A stretch of DNA of 64,000 nucleotides from Balanoglossus misakiensis. Its lineage: Eukaryota; Animalia; Hemichordata. Position numbers and translations under genes: made by a program. The stretch is from NCBI GenBank assembly GCA_040954595.2, contig CM082594.2, forward strand, positions 9,862,296-9,926,295, read 5' to 3'. The notes under the pieces are model-generated. The model was given only the letters and a program-made list of their open reading frames with translations. It had not been told where the DNA came from and did not search any database. Of this stretch, positions 30,350 to 45,100 are shown piece after piece (within the stretch, counting starts at the first letter, position 1; each line of letters opens with the position of its first letter).

Positions 30350-30467
30350 CAGTAAAACCTGTCTAGACCGAACACCAAAGGGACTGCAGAAAGTGTTGTA
30401 TTTGCAGAGGTGTCCAGTTTATAGAGGTTCAAGAGTTGACATGGTTCGGTATAAACAGGTTTTACTG
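30350..30467. mobile_element. 118-bp MITE, Tc1/mariner-pogo (Tigger-like) type
   Basis: 24-bp TIRs: CAGTAAAACCTGTCTAGACCGAAC (30350-30373) and GTTCGGTATAAACAGGTTTTACTG (30444-30467), 22/24 complementary. CAGT termini; TA follows the right end and AA precedes the left (consistent with a mutated TA TSD). Confidence 0.75.
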
Positions 30468-33218
30468 TAATAAGAATTGACTAAATACTCAAAGTTGTAG
30501 TCATGCTGTGCAAATACGTCTAATCAACTGATTGTATCACCATGGAAACAGGAAAACGTAAAAGAAGTGATGGTGCATTGTGATTCAGACTGACTGTGAT
30601 TTCAACACCTTGGAGTGGCTGTTTCCTCAGGGAATCGCGGCCAGTCTCGTATCGTGAATGCTTCATTGTGCCTCGTGGTGTCGCAAAGTTCATTTATTCC
30701 ATTGTGGAGCTTCACGGTTGAACAGATCGGCAGAATGCCTATACAAACCTAATAAGAGTCGTGTAAATACGGAGTAAATCTATATTGGTTTTATGTTATA
30801 CAGAGCGTCTTGACTGCTCTGATTGCTTTGGTGGTGTCAATTCAACCAATCTGTTTGTCATTCTGCATTACATACTCAGTGAATGATTCCAGGATTGAAT
30901 TAGAGGGTGCCTGGGCTGTGTACCGAGGATTTGTTATTTTGTCAAAGTGGAAGTCACTTTTTCCCCCTGCAGGAAGATAAATATTTATCTTTGAAAAGGT
31001 TACGGTTGTGTGAATGTAATGATCTCCTCGCTTTACTAAATGTGAAAATCGACACACTTCTCTGCACTGCACAGAGTGAAAAAGATTCCGTAGATTATCT
31101 TCACCTAATATCCCAGCATACATTGTGTCAATCCCAGCATGCACACTCCATAGATATGGGCCAGATAACAATCTATGGCATACCAGATACACACTTTGAA
31201 CAATTGTCTGGTACATTCCTAGGTGTTCGAAACCAGTACATGGCTATATATTTGCTGAGAAAATTTCATTGTGCATGCAAAGACGTGGAAAGTTCATTCT
31301 TAATGGTCGATATTGTGATAAGAAAAATCCATGTGTAGGTCAATGCCATTTGTGAAGTAAAGACAAATGAGAAAGCGTAGATCATGCTTATTTCATCTGT
31401 GAAAGGTTGATATTTTCTGATCTATAGAAGCATGATAATACTGGGATTTATAGATTGCAGAACTGATGATCAGTCATGCAAGGAAATGTCTGCATGGAGG
31501 AAGTGAACAATGAAACGCACTCATCACGTCTAACGTCCTCTGAAAACAAAATCTGTGCATAAATCAATGTCTAAGCCACATCGACTGCTAAACTCCGGCA
31601 CAGCAGTGATTTCTTTCCTGTAATAATCTTCTCCGCAGATTATCATAATTCACCCTGTCTTAAAACATTAGGGCCCGTGGAGATTTATCTGTGATTAGCA
31701 TTCAACCCATGGATGTTTTTTTTTTTCGTCAGTGATGGACTGGCTACAAAGACAATGCGCTTAGTCACAATCTCTCAAAGTTGGGGAGTTCTATATACTG
31801 GAGCAGATGTCAGATCGCTTTACACACTCAATCTGTCAGCTCACAAATTTCTAATGAAAATTTGCTTCTTCAAAATGAAACCATGCAGACGATGATATGA
31901 TGTTGTTGTTACTGTCTCCATGGAGACTGCTTTATGTCAGATTTCATTTTGTCAGTTTCAGTCAATGCTTGAATGATAATACTCTGTGCTCTAATAATTT
32001 AGTGTTTTTTCATGTTATTTTCATAAATATTTTCTATGAAAAATTATAAAAAGCAATGGAAAGTACAAACCATTATTTGCTACCCACAAGGCTATACTCT
32101 TCCAGTGCAATTAACCGTACTAGCCCTAGTTCAAAATTCTCATATTGTGTTTTCCAAGTAAACTCAGAGTTAATGTTGGTTTCTCCTTGGCCGACAAGGC
32201 AAGGAGTGAATTCTCACTACCTCTGTGTTTTACGTCACTACTGGCTCCAATTCAACCATTTAGCAGAATTCACATCGTTTCTAGCGTCGACTTTTAAGTG
32301 TGCGGGGAGATGGGAAGCGTGGAACTGAGTACAGCCTAAGGCAGGGTGACCCAGGTCAGCCTTATACGACTGACAGTCACTCACAATTTCTCACTAAAAG
32401 TTGCATCCCAATATCTCACCACAGTTAAACCGCTGTACCTTGATATTGATCACGAATAGCCAAATAAACCGGAGGTGCCTCCCCAGGTTTCACTTCAGGC
32501 ACTGCAGTGTGTATGACTAATACCAGCGTATCAGAAAGAGCCAGTTGTTTAGCTATCGTATCATATCTACCATATATTGATCAAAACAAAGGATGAATTT
32601 ACATCTTAGCTATAAGATTGCAAAGTATCATAATTTTAATGACAAATTTGGAGGTTACACACAAAATCTCATGTCATATGATGGATCGGATTACACTGAT
32701 TAGCTTTTAATGATCCGGAGTCTTAATTAGATCAGGGGTCTGTTTGACCAATTAGGCTGTATCTGGGATTAAAATGTTGATGGCAATTAAACTATTCCCC
32801 TTGGAGACCTCTCGGAGACTTGCTAAAAGAGCATTGGTGATTTAATTTGTCTGGTTGGGCATTGGTTACCCGAGTGTAATAATAACCAGTGGTGAACATA
32901 TTTCAAAGAGATGAAAAAATACACAACATTTGCATTATGTTATCATAGAAAACAGGCATTTCACCTAGACTTGCTGGTTGCTGAATGCCGTGGTCATGCT
33001 TATGTGCGAGACGAACTTAATTGTGATATATTTGGAAGGGATCAGTAAAATATTGAAAAGAAGATTTGCAAAAGGGAAATTAAAAGATGAAGCTGAATTC
33101 AGGACCAAGTCAGATAACACCAATGTAAAATATAAGTCGTACGGTGATTTCCATCTTTGCCGGGAGGGATCAGTGGTGAATATATTGCCCGGAAAACTTG
33201 GAGAAGTTGTAGTCATAC

Positions 33219-33508
33219 CTTGGATACACCTTGAGTAACTCTTTTCTTGATATGTACTTCTGGTGACAGACTGTGCAAAGGTGAGTAGGTAGATGGTGCC
33301 AGCCAGACTGGTAAACGGTCTCCCATGAAAACCATCTTGGCAGCGATCACCATTCCCCCCTGATTGCAATAACACTTAGTAATTCCGTCTTCCAGGTATG
33401 TGATATTTAAACAGCTGCATAGAAGGGGCTTCCTTCGTCTATGCCACTTCAGTGCAGTCTCGTTGTCGTAGATACGGTTAAACTGGAATTGCTCGTGTCT
33501 GCTGAAGT
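33219..33508 (-). CDS. Weak candidate coding exon or decayed coding fragment, unknown product
   Basis: GC/CpG-richer patch. A 290-nt stop-free frame (FSRHEQFQFNRIYDNETALKWHRRRKPLLCSCLNITYLEDGITKCYC...TQGVSK) lies between ctacag| and AAG|gtatga. No family recognised. Confidence 0.2.
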
Positions 33509-33605
33509 CTGTAGTTCAGTGGATTTGAGATGGCGGTAAAGACGCACTGAGACGAGATAGACTTTACTCACCTGTGTCAGACCTCATTGGTTTTCATCAA
33601 TTCCT

Positions 33606-34000
33606 TTAAAGCAACACTAGCTGTGTGTATCTTTGCACTGTTTTGACATTTTTATTCTGTTGAATTGTACTTCAGCAAATTGTACTTGTAAAGTGTGACT
33701 ATGCATTTGCACACACTTCAAGACACGTTTGCTACCCCGAACTCAAAAATGTATACTTACATCATTCTACTGAACAACCTCATGTCAAATACATCAACTA
33801 ATGTGGAACCACAGAAAGAAATTATAAATTCGAATATGTATTAATAAGTGCCATTTATTTCACTTTAAAGAGCCAATTTTAGGAAAATTTGACATATTCT
33901 TACTAATTTTACACACATTGTCAATAAATCTGCCATAATTCCATCTACAAACTCTATTTAAATTCTTTAAAAAGCTATTAACAGCAAAAGAACACACAGC
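33606..34000. mobile_element. Possible decayed Kolobok-like non-autonomous element
   Basis: Left end TTAA|AGCAACACTAGCTGTGTGTATCTTTGC; imperfect inverted partner GCAAAAGAACACACAGC at 33984-34000. Right terminus and TSD are not intact. Confidence 0.3.
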
Positions 34001-37000
34001 GGGCAAATATTTGTAAAAAATATTTAAAAATTCCATCCATTCCGTAATGGTGATGTTTTTTTGTCTCTTTATTGATGAAGCGATATTGAAAACTGTTGCG
34101 CATTTACTTTATAAAAGCTTCTTAAATTGTAAAAGTGACATTTGTCAATGGAAATATGGGATTTACAGCTGTATTTCCAGTCAATATTTGTGAAAATTCT
34201 TTTCGCTTTTGTGAATATTACTAGGTATGAAATCCATAATGGCCACAGCTATGCTGCTGAAAGTTTGTTTGTCAGAATGTGACCTCAGCATTATTTTCCA
34301 ACCTAGATGGTCCCATATAGCTTCTAATTTTGTCTTGAAATGTTCTGAAGTCTCCAACAATCTGATTGAGCCAATTCCTAGTGAAATTTCAATGAATACC
34401 TGGACATAAATTGTAGTGCAATTAATTTCTTTAATGTATATTTTTGTCGTAATAGCACCATTTGGAAAGTATTTTCAGGTCATATCTTAGCAAGTTGTCT
34501 CTTGTAAACCCTGAAATAATTGCATTAATGTCTGGAAAATGCCCGTCTTAATTGTACATCTGGGAAAACTACAAACACATTTCTGTGTTTTGCACAATTT
34601 TCAAGTCGTTTTTTCCATAGTAAATGCAGTCAGCACTGTCTGGCCGTTCTTGCTGTCGCCTGGTGTATGTCACCGGTTCCAAGATAAATTGTAGTCACCA
34701 GTAATTGCTGTAATACTCTTCAAAACTCGGCTAAATCTGCACTAGGATGACAAGTACAGCATTTCAACAACTGTATTTATGACCCTTCAGGGATAAATGC
34801 TAGGATTCAGAAAAGAGATTGTGCTACCAGTACCATGTGATGCTTTTATTATTGTCAAGAAACATTTGAAAACAGTCCACTATGGTTTTTTTTGTATATT
34901 CTCAAATAATGTATCCTAAAAGTTATCTTATAACAATTTTGATCAGATTAGATGATGACCCAGAACGAGATAATAAAGTGAAATTTTCCAAAGTTTCCAT
35001 GATTAATGTGAATGCTGACACTTGATGACAAGATGTGTGTTATGCTGCCACCATAGTTGTCCAAATCAGTCCACCCAGCACTGTCGCTTGGTTCTGAGTT
35101 GTGATTGGTTCATTGCATTCCACAGCAAGCTAGGGTACCATATTAGAGAAAGAATGGGTTTGAGTAACACGTCATGTTAAATTACATGTTTCACATATCA
35201 TTTATATATCAGTGCAATCATTTTTTGTGAATTTCACAAGGCTGTCTATTTGATACGTGTATTTCATTTTGTAAGTATTCCTCCAGACGTGGTGGAGGTT
35301 CAGGAATATGATATTCACTGTGATTACAGGTTTTGACAGGTACTTCATGCATTATGTAATAGAGAGTATAAATTGGGGTAATTTTGTATAATGGTATAAA
35401 ATAGAGTAGCAATGATTAAAGTCTACTGTCATGTCTGGTAATGCACATAGGATTATCACAGCTCATAAGCATTAATAAACATTTTAGCTGTATGATTCAT
35501 ATTTTCGCCTTGCATTCACATATGTTGGATTAATGGCTGAAATTCAGTTTTAATACTGATAAATGTCGAAATCTACGCAAATATTAAAGTCTTCAGAAAA
35601 TCCTTTGCTGATTATCTCCATGCTTTCATCATTGCTGTGCGATACCTAAACGTGAAACCAAGTCCTTTCACAAACAATCTTTGCTTTTACTTGCAATCTA
35701 CTGTACCTGTTGAACTATCCTGACTACAAACAGTGTGAATACTTGGAGAGGTGACTGTTCTGGCAGACAATTACCATTTATTTTCGATTTGTGCGCAGAC
35801 ATAGCCCCTTGAGAAACCTTTTAACAACTTTGCTGTATATGGCAATTTTCACTTGACACATAATCCAACAAACTGACAAAAACTGAGGTGGAAAGAGGAA
35901 AAAATATTTGACTAGGGTAATCTGTCATTGATTACCTACTTTGAAAAACTGGTCATTCTTGTAGTTGTGTTGACATAGACTTTATCAATCAGTCATTTGT
36001 CTAATTTCAGTCGCCAAGAAAGCTCTCAATTATTTGCCTCTTTTATGACTCTTTTAAGAATTATTAATGAGACCATATTCCAAACTTTCACGTTTAATGA
36101 TTTTCAAGATCTAAGCAAATTCAGAAATGGGTATATTAGTTTTGTCATTTGTTTTAGTTTCATAAATAATTCTACTGTTAGTGTTCAGTGTGGTAATTTC
36201 ATCCTCAAGTATTCATTAATTGCAATTAATTCTCGCTACAAATTGCTTAGCGTGATTCATGAGTTTACTACATCACTCAACTAATCAATGTTAATCGCTT
36301 TTTGATGATCTATGAGGTGTGTTACATAGAACCGAGTTCTTATAAGAAAGAAATTTATATCTCAATGTTGACACTTATTAATGATGGCAGGCTGTGGTCC
36401 CATGAAACACAACATGTCCAGCCATTTGACACCTGTTGGATTGTTTTATGTATGCGCAGATTTTTATGTGCATATAAACACTGAGTCTGCTCGCAGTTTG
36501 TGCTCCAGTAGTGACATAAATGAATATTAAGCAGTCTGTGTGAGCTTAGATGACAAAGAAATGAAGGCAGTGGTTCCTGTACAGTGAAGTTTTATTCAGG
36601 AATGACTGGCGTGTTAATAATGACAGCGAACAAATTAAAGCATTTCTTATGCCAATGGGAACTCCAGATTATGTTGATTTTAATACATGTCTATCGATTT
36701 GATGGATTTGATGACATAACATTGTGTCCATTGGGAATGAAATTGAAAGCAGACTTTAGTACCAGTGTTTGGATTGTGTAAGACTTCAGTTTAATCAGAT
36801 TCTTCTGGTGCACAAATAACAAATCTTTATTGTCATATAAGAGTATTAAAAATCCATTTTTCATAATTTAAATAGTTGTCTTTCATAGTATGACCACAGT
36901 AATAGCGTACTAGATGTTATTTGATGTAGCGTACAGTAAGATTGAAACAAGAGGATTGTAGTTTTCACTGGGGAAGAAATTTCCCATGAGTCCTTGCTGT

Positions 37001-38892
37001 TACTATAATTCTGTTATTCATATTTTGTGACGAAACATCGCCATGGTTACTTACATAAATTGAAAGCATCTTGACTGTAAGTGGCGAGACTCTCTGAATT
37101 TCAGATTTCCAAAATTTGAATGACGCATCGTGGGAAATATTACGTATAGGAATATTGATATTGGCCCCATGCTGATTCAGAAATAACATTTTCCAACTCT
37201 CGTTTCTGTCAGTTCAGTAACTGTGTAAACAAATCTTACAACAGTTTCCAGTTTCTATGCAACCATGAAAAAAGGTGTTGAGTGAAATGATGGGAGATTT
37301 CTGATGTCCTTTTATTATGGTCCAATAAAGCCGAATTATGTGCGTTGGTGTAAATTTGAAGTTGTGAAATAGAACTCTTTATCCTCAAATATCGCAGTTT
37401 TTAGCAATCATCATAACAACCATTGGGTAGTCTAGCGTCTCATGGTTACCATGTTTATAGTTAACCCCTTTAAGATATGCTTTTCTGGGGAAGGCATGAA
37501 TTTCACGATATTTTCGTATAAATTCATGACAATGCTATCAATGAAATTAAATCGAGGTAATGACTGAGCCTTTAAAATTTGTTTTAATTGCGTTGGACAT
37601 AATGCAATAAAACTTCTTTCTGCCCTTGGATCAATAGTAACATGATTGTTATAGAGGTCTTTATAAAATCAATATAATTATGAAACCAAATATTTTATAA
37701 ACCATTGCCAGTGATTAACATATATTCAGTCTGATATAATATCGACTCTAGTAGTATAATTTGTTTTTTATGAAAACTACAATGCTGTTTTGTTTTGTTT
37801 GTGATCAAGTGGGAAGTTTTTCACAATAAAGCAGTTGGGGCTCTGAAGATAAGTTCTTATAGGGAAATGTAAAACCAGATCATCACCCTTTGTAATTTGT
37901 ATGTTGTTATAATGTTAACAGTCACTGTCAATGTCATGAGTAATTGTATGAATCATGCCACAGAAAAACACTTCAATATTTTCTCAAACCAATTAGTGAT
38001 TGACAACCCATACGTGAATACTAAATGATTTGATTAAAAACAAGAGTATCATTTGAATTGATTGTATACACCATGCCACAATGCTATTTCTCCTACATAA
38101 TAGAACTGTTTAGAAACTTTCAGACCTGTCTTGAACATTAATCCAAGGTTGCTATGGGAATCAGACATATGCCATTTGGAATCATGTACATTGTACAAGT
38201 TTTTCAGTATATCTATCGATAATTCTGCTAATTATATTGACTTTGCACGCATGGTTTCATAAATAATAAAACAATCAGTGAGATATTATGTGTAGTTTAT
38301 GATATTTTTATGGCTTAATAAACATCACATATAGTAAATATGAAATGTCAACATAATCATTCACCGTCATGCTTGAATTAAAAATTAAGTCATTCTGAAA
38401 TATTAATATGGTCATGGGAAAAACCTGGAGATATCACAAAGTATCAAGAAAAGTCTTCTGTTGCTTGAATAATTTCATTTTTTCGTTTGAATTCTGTGCA
38501 GAACAGAAAAGAACTCTGAAGGTATTACGTAGAGAACTGATCAGGTCATGTGACTCATGGAATAATGCAGTCGTTTAAATCTGTCATGATTTTTTATCTG
38601 TGTTGAAATCAGGATGTGCAGAGCTGTGAATAAGGAGAGTAATATTTACAATGTAACATAGAATGCCTTGTTTTTAATACTTCCTATAATATACATCTCG
38701 TAGTTGTGTTTTATGATTGACTGATTACTTCATATATTGCCATGAGTACATATCACATAGGAGTGAAATGACTGTTTCTGCGTTATACGTGAGATGTAAT
38801 AAAAAATTTATTCAGATAGCTGTCAAATTTATAATCTTTCTTTGTCATCAATAGTGAAATGAAATCAGCAGTGCACGAATCGATAAAAGTCC

Positions 38893-38976
38893 TACTTTGA
38901 GTCATAATATATTTATTTCACAAATTGCGATAATTACTCTGAGTCATAATTTATTAATTTCATAAATAGCAATAAC
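38893..38976. repeat. 42-bp tandem duplication (2 units)
   Basis: 38893-38934 vs 38935-38976, 35/42 identical without gaps; both keep TGAGTCATAAT. Confidence 0.85.
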
Positions 38977-39800
38977 TTGCCACTGTGTCTGGTGCTAGAC
39001 TTGCCAAGGGTGGACAGTGTGTAATGCTATTATGCAGCCATTGTTAATAGGATTAGCCTGATCTCCTATGCTTCTCTTTACACTGTTATATCAATACCCA
39101 TTATAAAAATTTCACTGTCTATTGTCTGCTCTCTTGAAATCTTTAATAACCTCATGTTGTGATAGTTTGCCAAGCTGTCATGAACACACGGGGGCAGTTG
39201 ACAGATCAATAATTATTTGCATGCAAATTAACATAATTCTGCTGACTTCTTTCACATCTGTTTTGGATTATTAATTAATTTAAAACATTGTGGCGTTTCT
39301 TTAAAACAGCAGGGAAGACATGTTTGTCAATAAGGACAATGTTTGGGTTCTCGGATGCAGAAACAAATGTTTGTTTCTGAAACAATCACCGTCAGTCTGT
39401 ATATAAAGAGTCCATGAATTGTTTCATTGTTCCAATCCCTGCAGCGATTAACAGTAAAACACGAGACTTCCAAGTTGATCAATTGCAGTGTGTCTCTCAT
39501 TTAATCATCCCCTAGAAACATAAACTATTTAGTCTAAATTCTCTCCTAAATGCTCTAATTATGAGAATCTGCATTGAAATATGACATAAGACACAAGGCT
39601 CAGACATTTCCAATTCTATGGAGACAAAGAGATCAGAACTCTATAAAGTGGCTAATGAAGGTCCTGATCTTTAACAGATGTGAGTTTTAGAGAGGTCCGG
39701 TTTTAGATCACCAATTATATCTAAAATCAACAGTACTGTCTGTGCTCTTATTTAATATTGATAAATAGACCATCAATGTGTTTTTTGGCAATACATAAAC

Positions 39801-39919
39801 TTGATTGATTGATTAATGGTAAGTCAGTTGATTGATTGATTGACTGACTGACTGGCTCACTGACTGACTGGCTCACTGACTGACTGACCGACTGATTGAT
39901 TGGTTGGTTGGTTGGTTGG

Positions 39920-39965
<46 letters not shown>
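39801..39965. repeat. Compound tetranucleotide microsatellite (TTGA)n/(CTGA)n/(TTGG)n
   Basis: Directly visible tandem tetramers; explains the SINQ/SVSQ ORF 39748-40074. Confidence 0.95.
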
Positions 39966-42179
39966 CATCAATCAATGAAGGAGGGAAGCCAGAGGGAGAG
40001 GACACAAGAGAACAGACAAACTTTATACCTAGGACCAACATCCTGGTCATTAAGCAACCAACTGATGCATCCAATTAAAATCAAGGTACTGTGCACAGAT
40101 CATTCATGTGGACAGTTGCTCAGAGTGTGCAAAGCAAGACAAACATCTTTGGGATGGACTTCGGTTACAATATACCTGCAGGAGAGATATGTCTGATTGT
40201 CCCTTCAGTGCAGACTTCATACAAATTCATAGCTGGAGGATGTGCAGAGGTCCATGCAGATTGGTGGATGCATCATATCTGCTGACAGATTTGTCTATAT
40301 GGGCGAATGATAGGTTGTATATCTTGGAACAAACCCGTTCTTTGAAATGGGAAGAATCAGTTTTTGATGGGGTCTTTATCCTTAAGGACATTGAGTAATG
40401 TCTAGAATTAAAGAAATTGATACCAGAAATTTATCATCAAGTTACAAATGGACCCAATTTTAAATAAATTTCGGAGCACACTGGAGAGGTTCCCATTCAT
40501 TGTAAAAGATTAATGTTTATAGTTTTCTGAGAGTAAATAGGATATAGAACAGCCTAAGATATCAGAATGCTACCAGTGGAAATAATAATGTCCCTATAAT
40601 TCATTTGAGAAGAAAAGAAAATGACCCCCATTAACCAAAAAACATGCACATGTTATTAACCTGGTAATAAAACGCCGTGTGCCCGGGTTTGACTTTAGTG
40701 GGAATTTCATCTTTTTTTTTTAGTTTAATGTTCATTTCCTGAGCGCAGGGAGCAGATGATGTGAATGTCAGGGCAAATGAAAGCAAAACAAGTGAGGTTG
40801 ATGAGATGGTCGGGTGAAGCAGAGACAGGCTAATTGAACATGATCAAATCTGGAGCCGTCTTGATTATGTTAGAATCAACGCGGTGATCGTGGATAAAAG
40901 TACCGTAAGAGGGTGGGACATATTTAGGATAAGTGAGGGTTTTAACATTTTATGACAATGACAGCCCAATCTGTCCGTCAGATAGAAGCAAGCAATATAA
41001 AGCACAACATTGTTCAGTACTGAGTTCTTCGCTTTGAATGACACTTGATGTGAGCTATCTAGTCAGCAGGAAGTTAAGGGAGCATGGTAAAATATGCTCT
41101 GTTTTCATTGGTGAAGAGTTTTAGAACAAAGAGATGAGTATGCTAGCATGTATAAATGCCCTCTAGAAAAATGAAAAAAAGTGTAGTTTCAAAAAGCCTA
41201 TCCCAATCAACAAATACCAGCTATCACCTTGAACTTATACAACCCTGTCTTTATATCAACTATTTCAGAATACCAGTACATGTACTTTTAGGAGAGTAGA
41301 ATGCTATGTATTAGCAACATCTAAAATGCTTTGTAGATAACTTTTAAAATTAGTGTATGGGGTCAATGCTGTTCGGAAGGAGTTTCTGATTTATTGGAGA
41401 AAATATCCCCGTCACAATTTTCAATGACTGTTTATTGTAGATCATAGTACTCAATCAGAACAAATCAAAAATCAGGTTCTACATGTACTCTTTATATATA
41501 GAAAAGCATGAAAAAACGATGGTTAATATTACATTCATTTCATAATGGGCAGGGTCATAATAATAACTGAACTCTGTTTGTTGGCCACAATGCTAAGTTG
41601 TCCTCAATAGATGCAAAAATGCCGGCTTTATATTTACTGTGACAGATGGCAGGTCCCTTGACACCCTTGCAGACTTAGTTTTGATCCAGATATCCCAGGT
41701 TGCTTTGCATCATTTTCACCGTGATTAAAGTCTTAGTGTCTGTAATGGCTGCGTCGGCATGACGATGTACTGTGTGTGTGTGTGCGTGAGATTTGTCAGC
41801 TGGAGTCCAGACAGACTGGGACCGTAACCACTCAAGGTGTACCACACATAGTTGTCGTTGACTCCACGCGCCACAAAGATTAGACCACTCTCAAAGCATT
41901 AGTGTTTTCACTCCCATTTATTAACAATATATGACTTTTCCATGGAGATGATGAAAGTTGCAGACACGATGGTACCAAAGAGAAAAAGGCATGGGCGTTT
42001 TTCATCCGTCGGCTGGATTTGCCCAATTTTCCGCTTTTATCCATCATTTTACATCTAAGCTGATTATAGTTAGAAAGTCACACTTAACGTGTGACTTCTT
42101 AATGTGTGGAATCTGTCTTCATCCCCCTCATATTACCCCTCCATCCTTCTTGTTTCACGGCAGACTGTACAGGGGATGG

Positions 42180-45100
42180 ATCGCTATAGTAACAGCCAAC
42201 AACACTGGCAGCTGCGACATCAGCTTCTACGATCAATGCAATGATGCCGAGTAATCACTATGGAAACCAGAATATGCTTCGCTTTATTGGGAAAAAAAGA
42301 CACGAAAGGTGATTTATGGCTGGTTATTAGCGAATTCTGAAATTGACACGGCAACCGTCAGACTTTGAAGGAATTATTTGTTTGCGAGAGACAACATTCA
42401 GAACAGAACAATTTCAGTTGGTTGCTAAGCAATCAGAGACAGCGTGAGTAATATGAAAGTTGTGATCATTTTAATAAACTCACACGCAAATCTCACATGA
42501 AAGCAGAAATGTAGCAAGTGAGATGTAGAATATTTCAAATTCATCTGTGTCTTTTTATAGTTATATTCTTGTTCAATATTTCGGGTGATATGATTCCTTC
42601 ATGTAAAATCTGCAAAGTTGTGTGATTTTTACAACAGATTGATCAATCTGAATCAAATTAAACCAAATGTCCATGTGACATCATTCTACCTAACAGCTAG
42701 CACGGCATGATGGGATTGTTTAATGGTTAACAAGGTGGACCATTGTCTTTTGTTTCAATAAATGCCCTTATTGTCTTTGAAATATGAGAAAAGTGGTCTG
42801 ACCAGGGCTGTGCAAATCAAAGGTTTCTATGGCAATGTAATTGAATGTGGAATTCAAAAAAATAAATCACAAATCTGAGATATTCTAAATTAGATTTTCT
42901 GAAATTTGAGATGATTTTCAACAAATCAGTAAAATGTCAAATTACAGAAATGAAATTTGCATATTCTGATTTAGTTTGAAATATGACTAATTTGCAGATG
43001 TCTTTATGAACTGGATATATTGTTCACTTATAACCATCAAGATTAATAGACGTGATAAATGGGCTTTTTGGGTAAAAAGTGCAGGTTTATAAAACAAAGT
43101 ACCCCACTGATATCATTAGCGCTGCTGATATCTGCTGTTTTTATGAGAGCGTAAACTTTAATGCCAGATTATCAGAGTGTTCATGGAACATATAATATCA
43201 TCTCATTATGCTGTATTAGCATATCATGTTAAAATCATAAAGTTTTACGATTACAAAGACATGTGGGTTCCAGTTCACTTCCCGTAATAAGAAAAGTCAA
43301 AGGTCATTGGAAATTTCGACGTTATTGTTCGATTAAGAGATTGGGGTAGCATGTCTCCTAAAATTGCGTTAATGAATATGGTTGTCTTGATTTCTTTGTC
43401 ATTAGAAACTGCTAAGTGAAGGGAAAGGTGATTTCAGGATGATATATGAGATACAATAGATTGAACAGCGAACAATCAAAAATTCACCGTTGCCATAGAA
43501 ATGTGAATATGATAAAGAAACCATTCTGGAGGAGATATTTCACTCTCTGTCATATTGGTGTCAGTGACAATAGAGTGGAGATTACAACTCTTAGAAATTA
43601 TGTGAAATTGAAGCCATAAATTTTACACTAACCCATTCATTGTCGCTGAAAGCCATAGACTAGATAGCTGTGATGACGAGCCATAAACAAACAAAAGAAC
43701 ATCTGCTATGGTTTCACTTAAAGTTCTCCAACTTTACTGCATTTTATCATTTATACTGTTACCATGGAAACTGACAGACATGATCTCACCGTCAAAAAAT
43801 GTCATGTTAAAATTACCACTAACAGTTCAGCATGAAATTTCATTCTGTGAATTTTCATTATATTTTAAGTCAATTTTTTTCTCTCAAATTTTGCTCTAAT
43901 CTGACGAGCTACATTTCTCAAAATAATTATTTGCATAGAAAGTTGGACAAAAGAAGAATCCCTGCCTTGTACTGTCTGATATCACTGTTTTGTCATATAT
44001 TTTCTGAAGCTCCCTGCATGAGACAGTACCAATTTCATATTTATTCTTTGTTCAAATACACGTCATGATTTACCTATCAGTGAAATCAAATGACTAATGC
44101 ACATATAGCCTGATTTTGGATTAAAATTGAGATGGAATTGATTAGGGAAACAATAGCGAGTGAAATCTCGAAATCCTTTTCTATTCAGAGAAAAGTGGAC
44201 AATGAGTTATTATCATGCTAATAATTAGAGATACCCCATATATCAGGCATTGTTATTCAGATAGTCTATTATCATGCAAATGTTCAAAATGACAACTCTC
44301 AGTTAATGCAGAAATTTTCAATTTTTATCTTTCAGGGATGAAAAACTACCACCTTTGATGCGGACTAATGATTTAATGGAACGTGGAGATTGGCATCACT
44401 GAATTCCCATAAATTTCACTTTTCGCACTGATTTCTATCCCTGGTAGGTATTTCTCTTTTCAAGTGCGCGTGATTCAGTTTTTTTTCACAAAAAAACTGT
44501 CAGCCTGTTTTATTAATGCTTCTTTAGATTTCAACCAACAATCGACTATTTTCAGCATCCATGCTGGATTTCTGTTAAAGAAAGCAAAACCATAAATAAC
44601 CCCCCGAAGGCATTCTTCTCCATATACCCTGACACAAAAAACTTACATCAGAGAGACTGCTGTATCCCCATTACGCACACAGACCAACATCTTTCATGAG
44701 GCTATGCAGTGTACGCGTTGTCATAGAATCCCCCAATCACAAAGACATCTTGACTTCTAAGCTGCATTCCTGAGAATTCCGTGCCGTTTTCGCAAGGGGC
44801 GAAAATTGATACAAAAAGTGTGCTTTATTGGGAATATTAGAAACTGAGTGTTATAGTGTACACATTGTCTCACAAGTCAGGCACATCAGTTCCCTGTAGG
44901 CAAGAATTGTAGGTTCAATGCTGTACAAGATATGCTGTCGTGCTGTTCTGTTTAGAAGAAATTCAAGATGCACAGTTTTGAAAGATATGGGTAGACATAA
45001 TATCTTTAATAGGCACTCAAAAAAAAAGAACATACATACCATAAATACGGACATTTCAAAAACCAAAAATAGATAATGTCACATTTAAGTTGAGAGAAGC

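Noticed and set aside
34453-34472. TAGCACCATTTG, matching the first 12 nt of miR-29
   Set aside because: The 3' half diverges and there is no complementary arm nearby to form a precursor hairpin.
39748-40074. ORF with SINQ/SVSQ repeats (also the FIHS ORFs at 60123-60442)
   Set aside because: Translations of tetranucleotide microsatellites.
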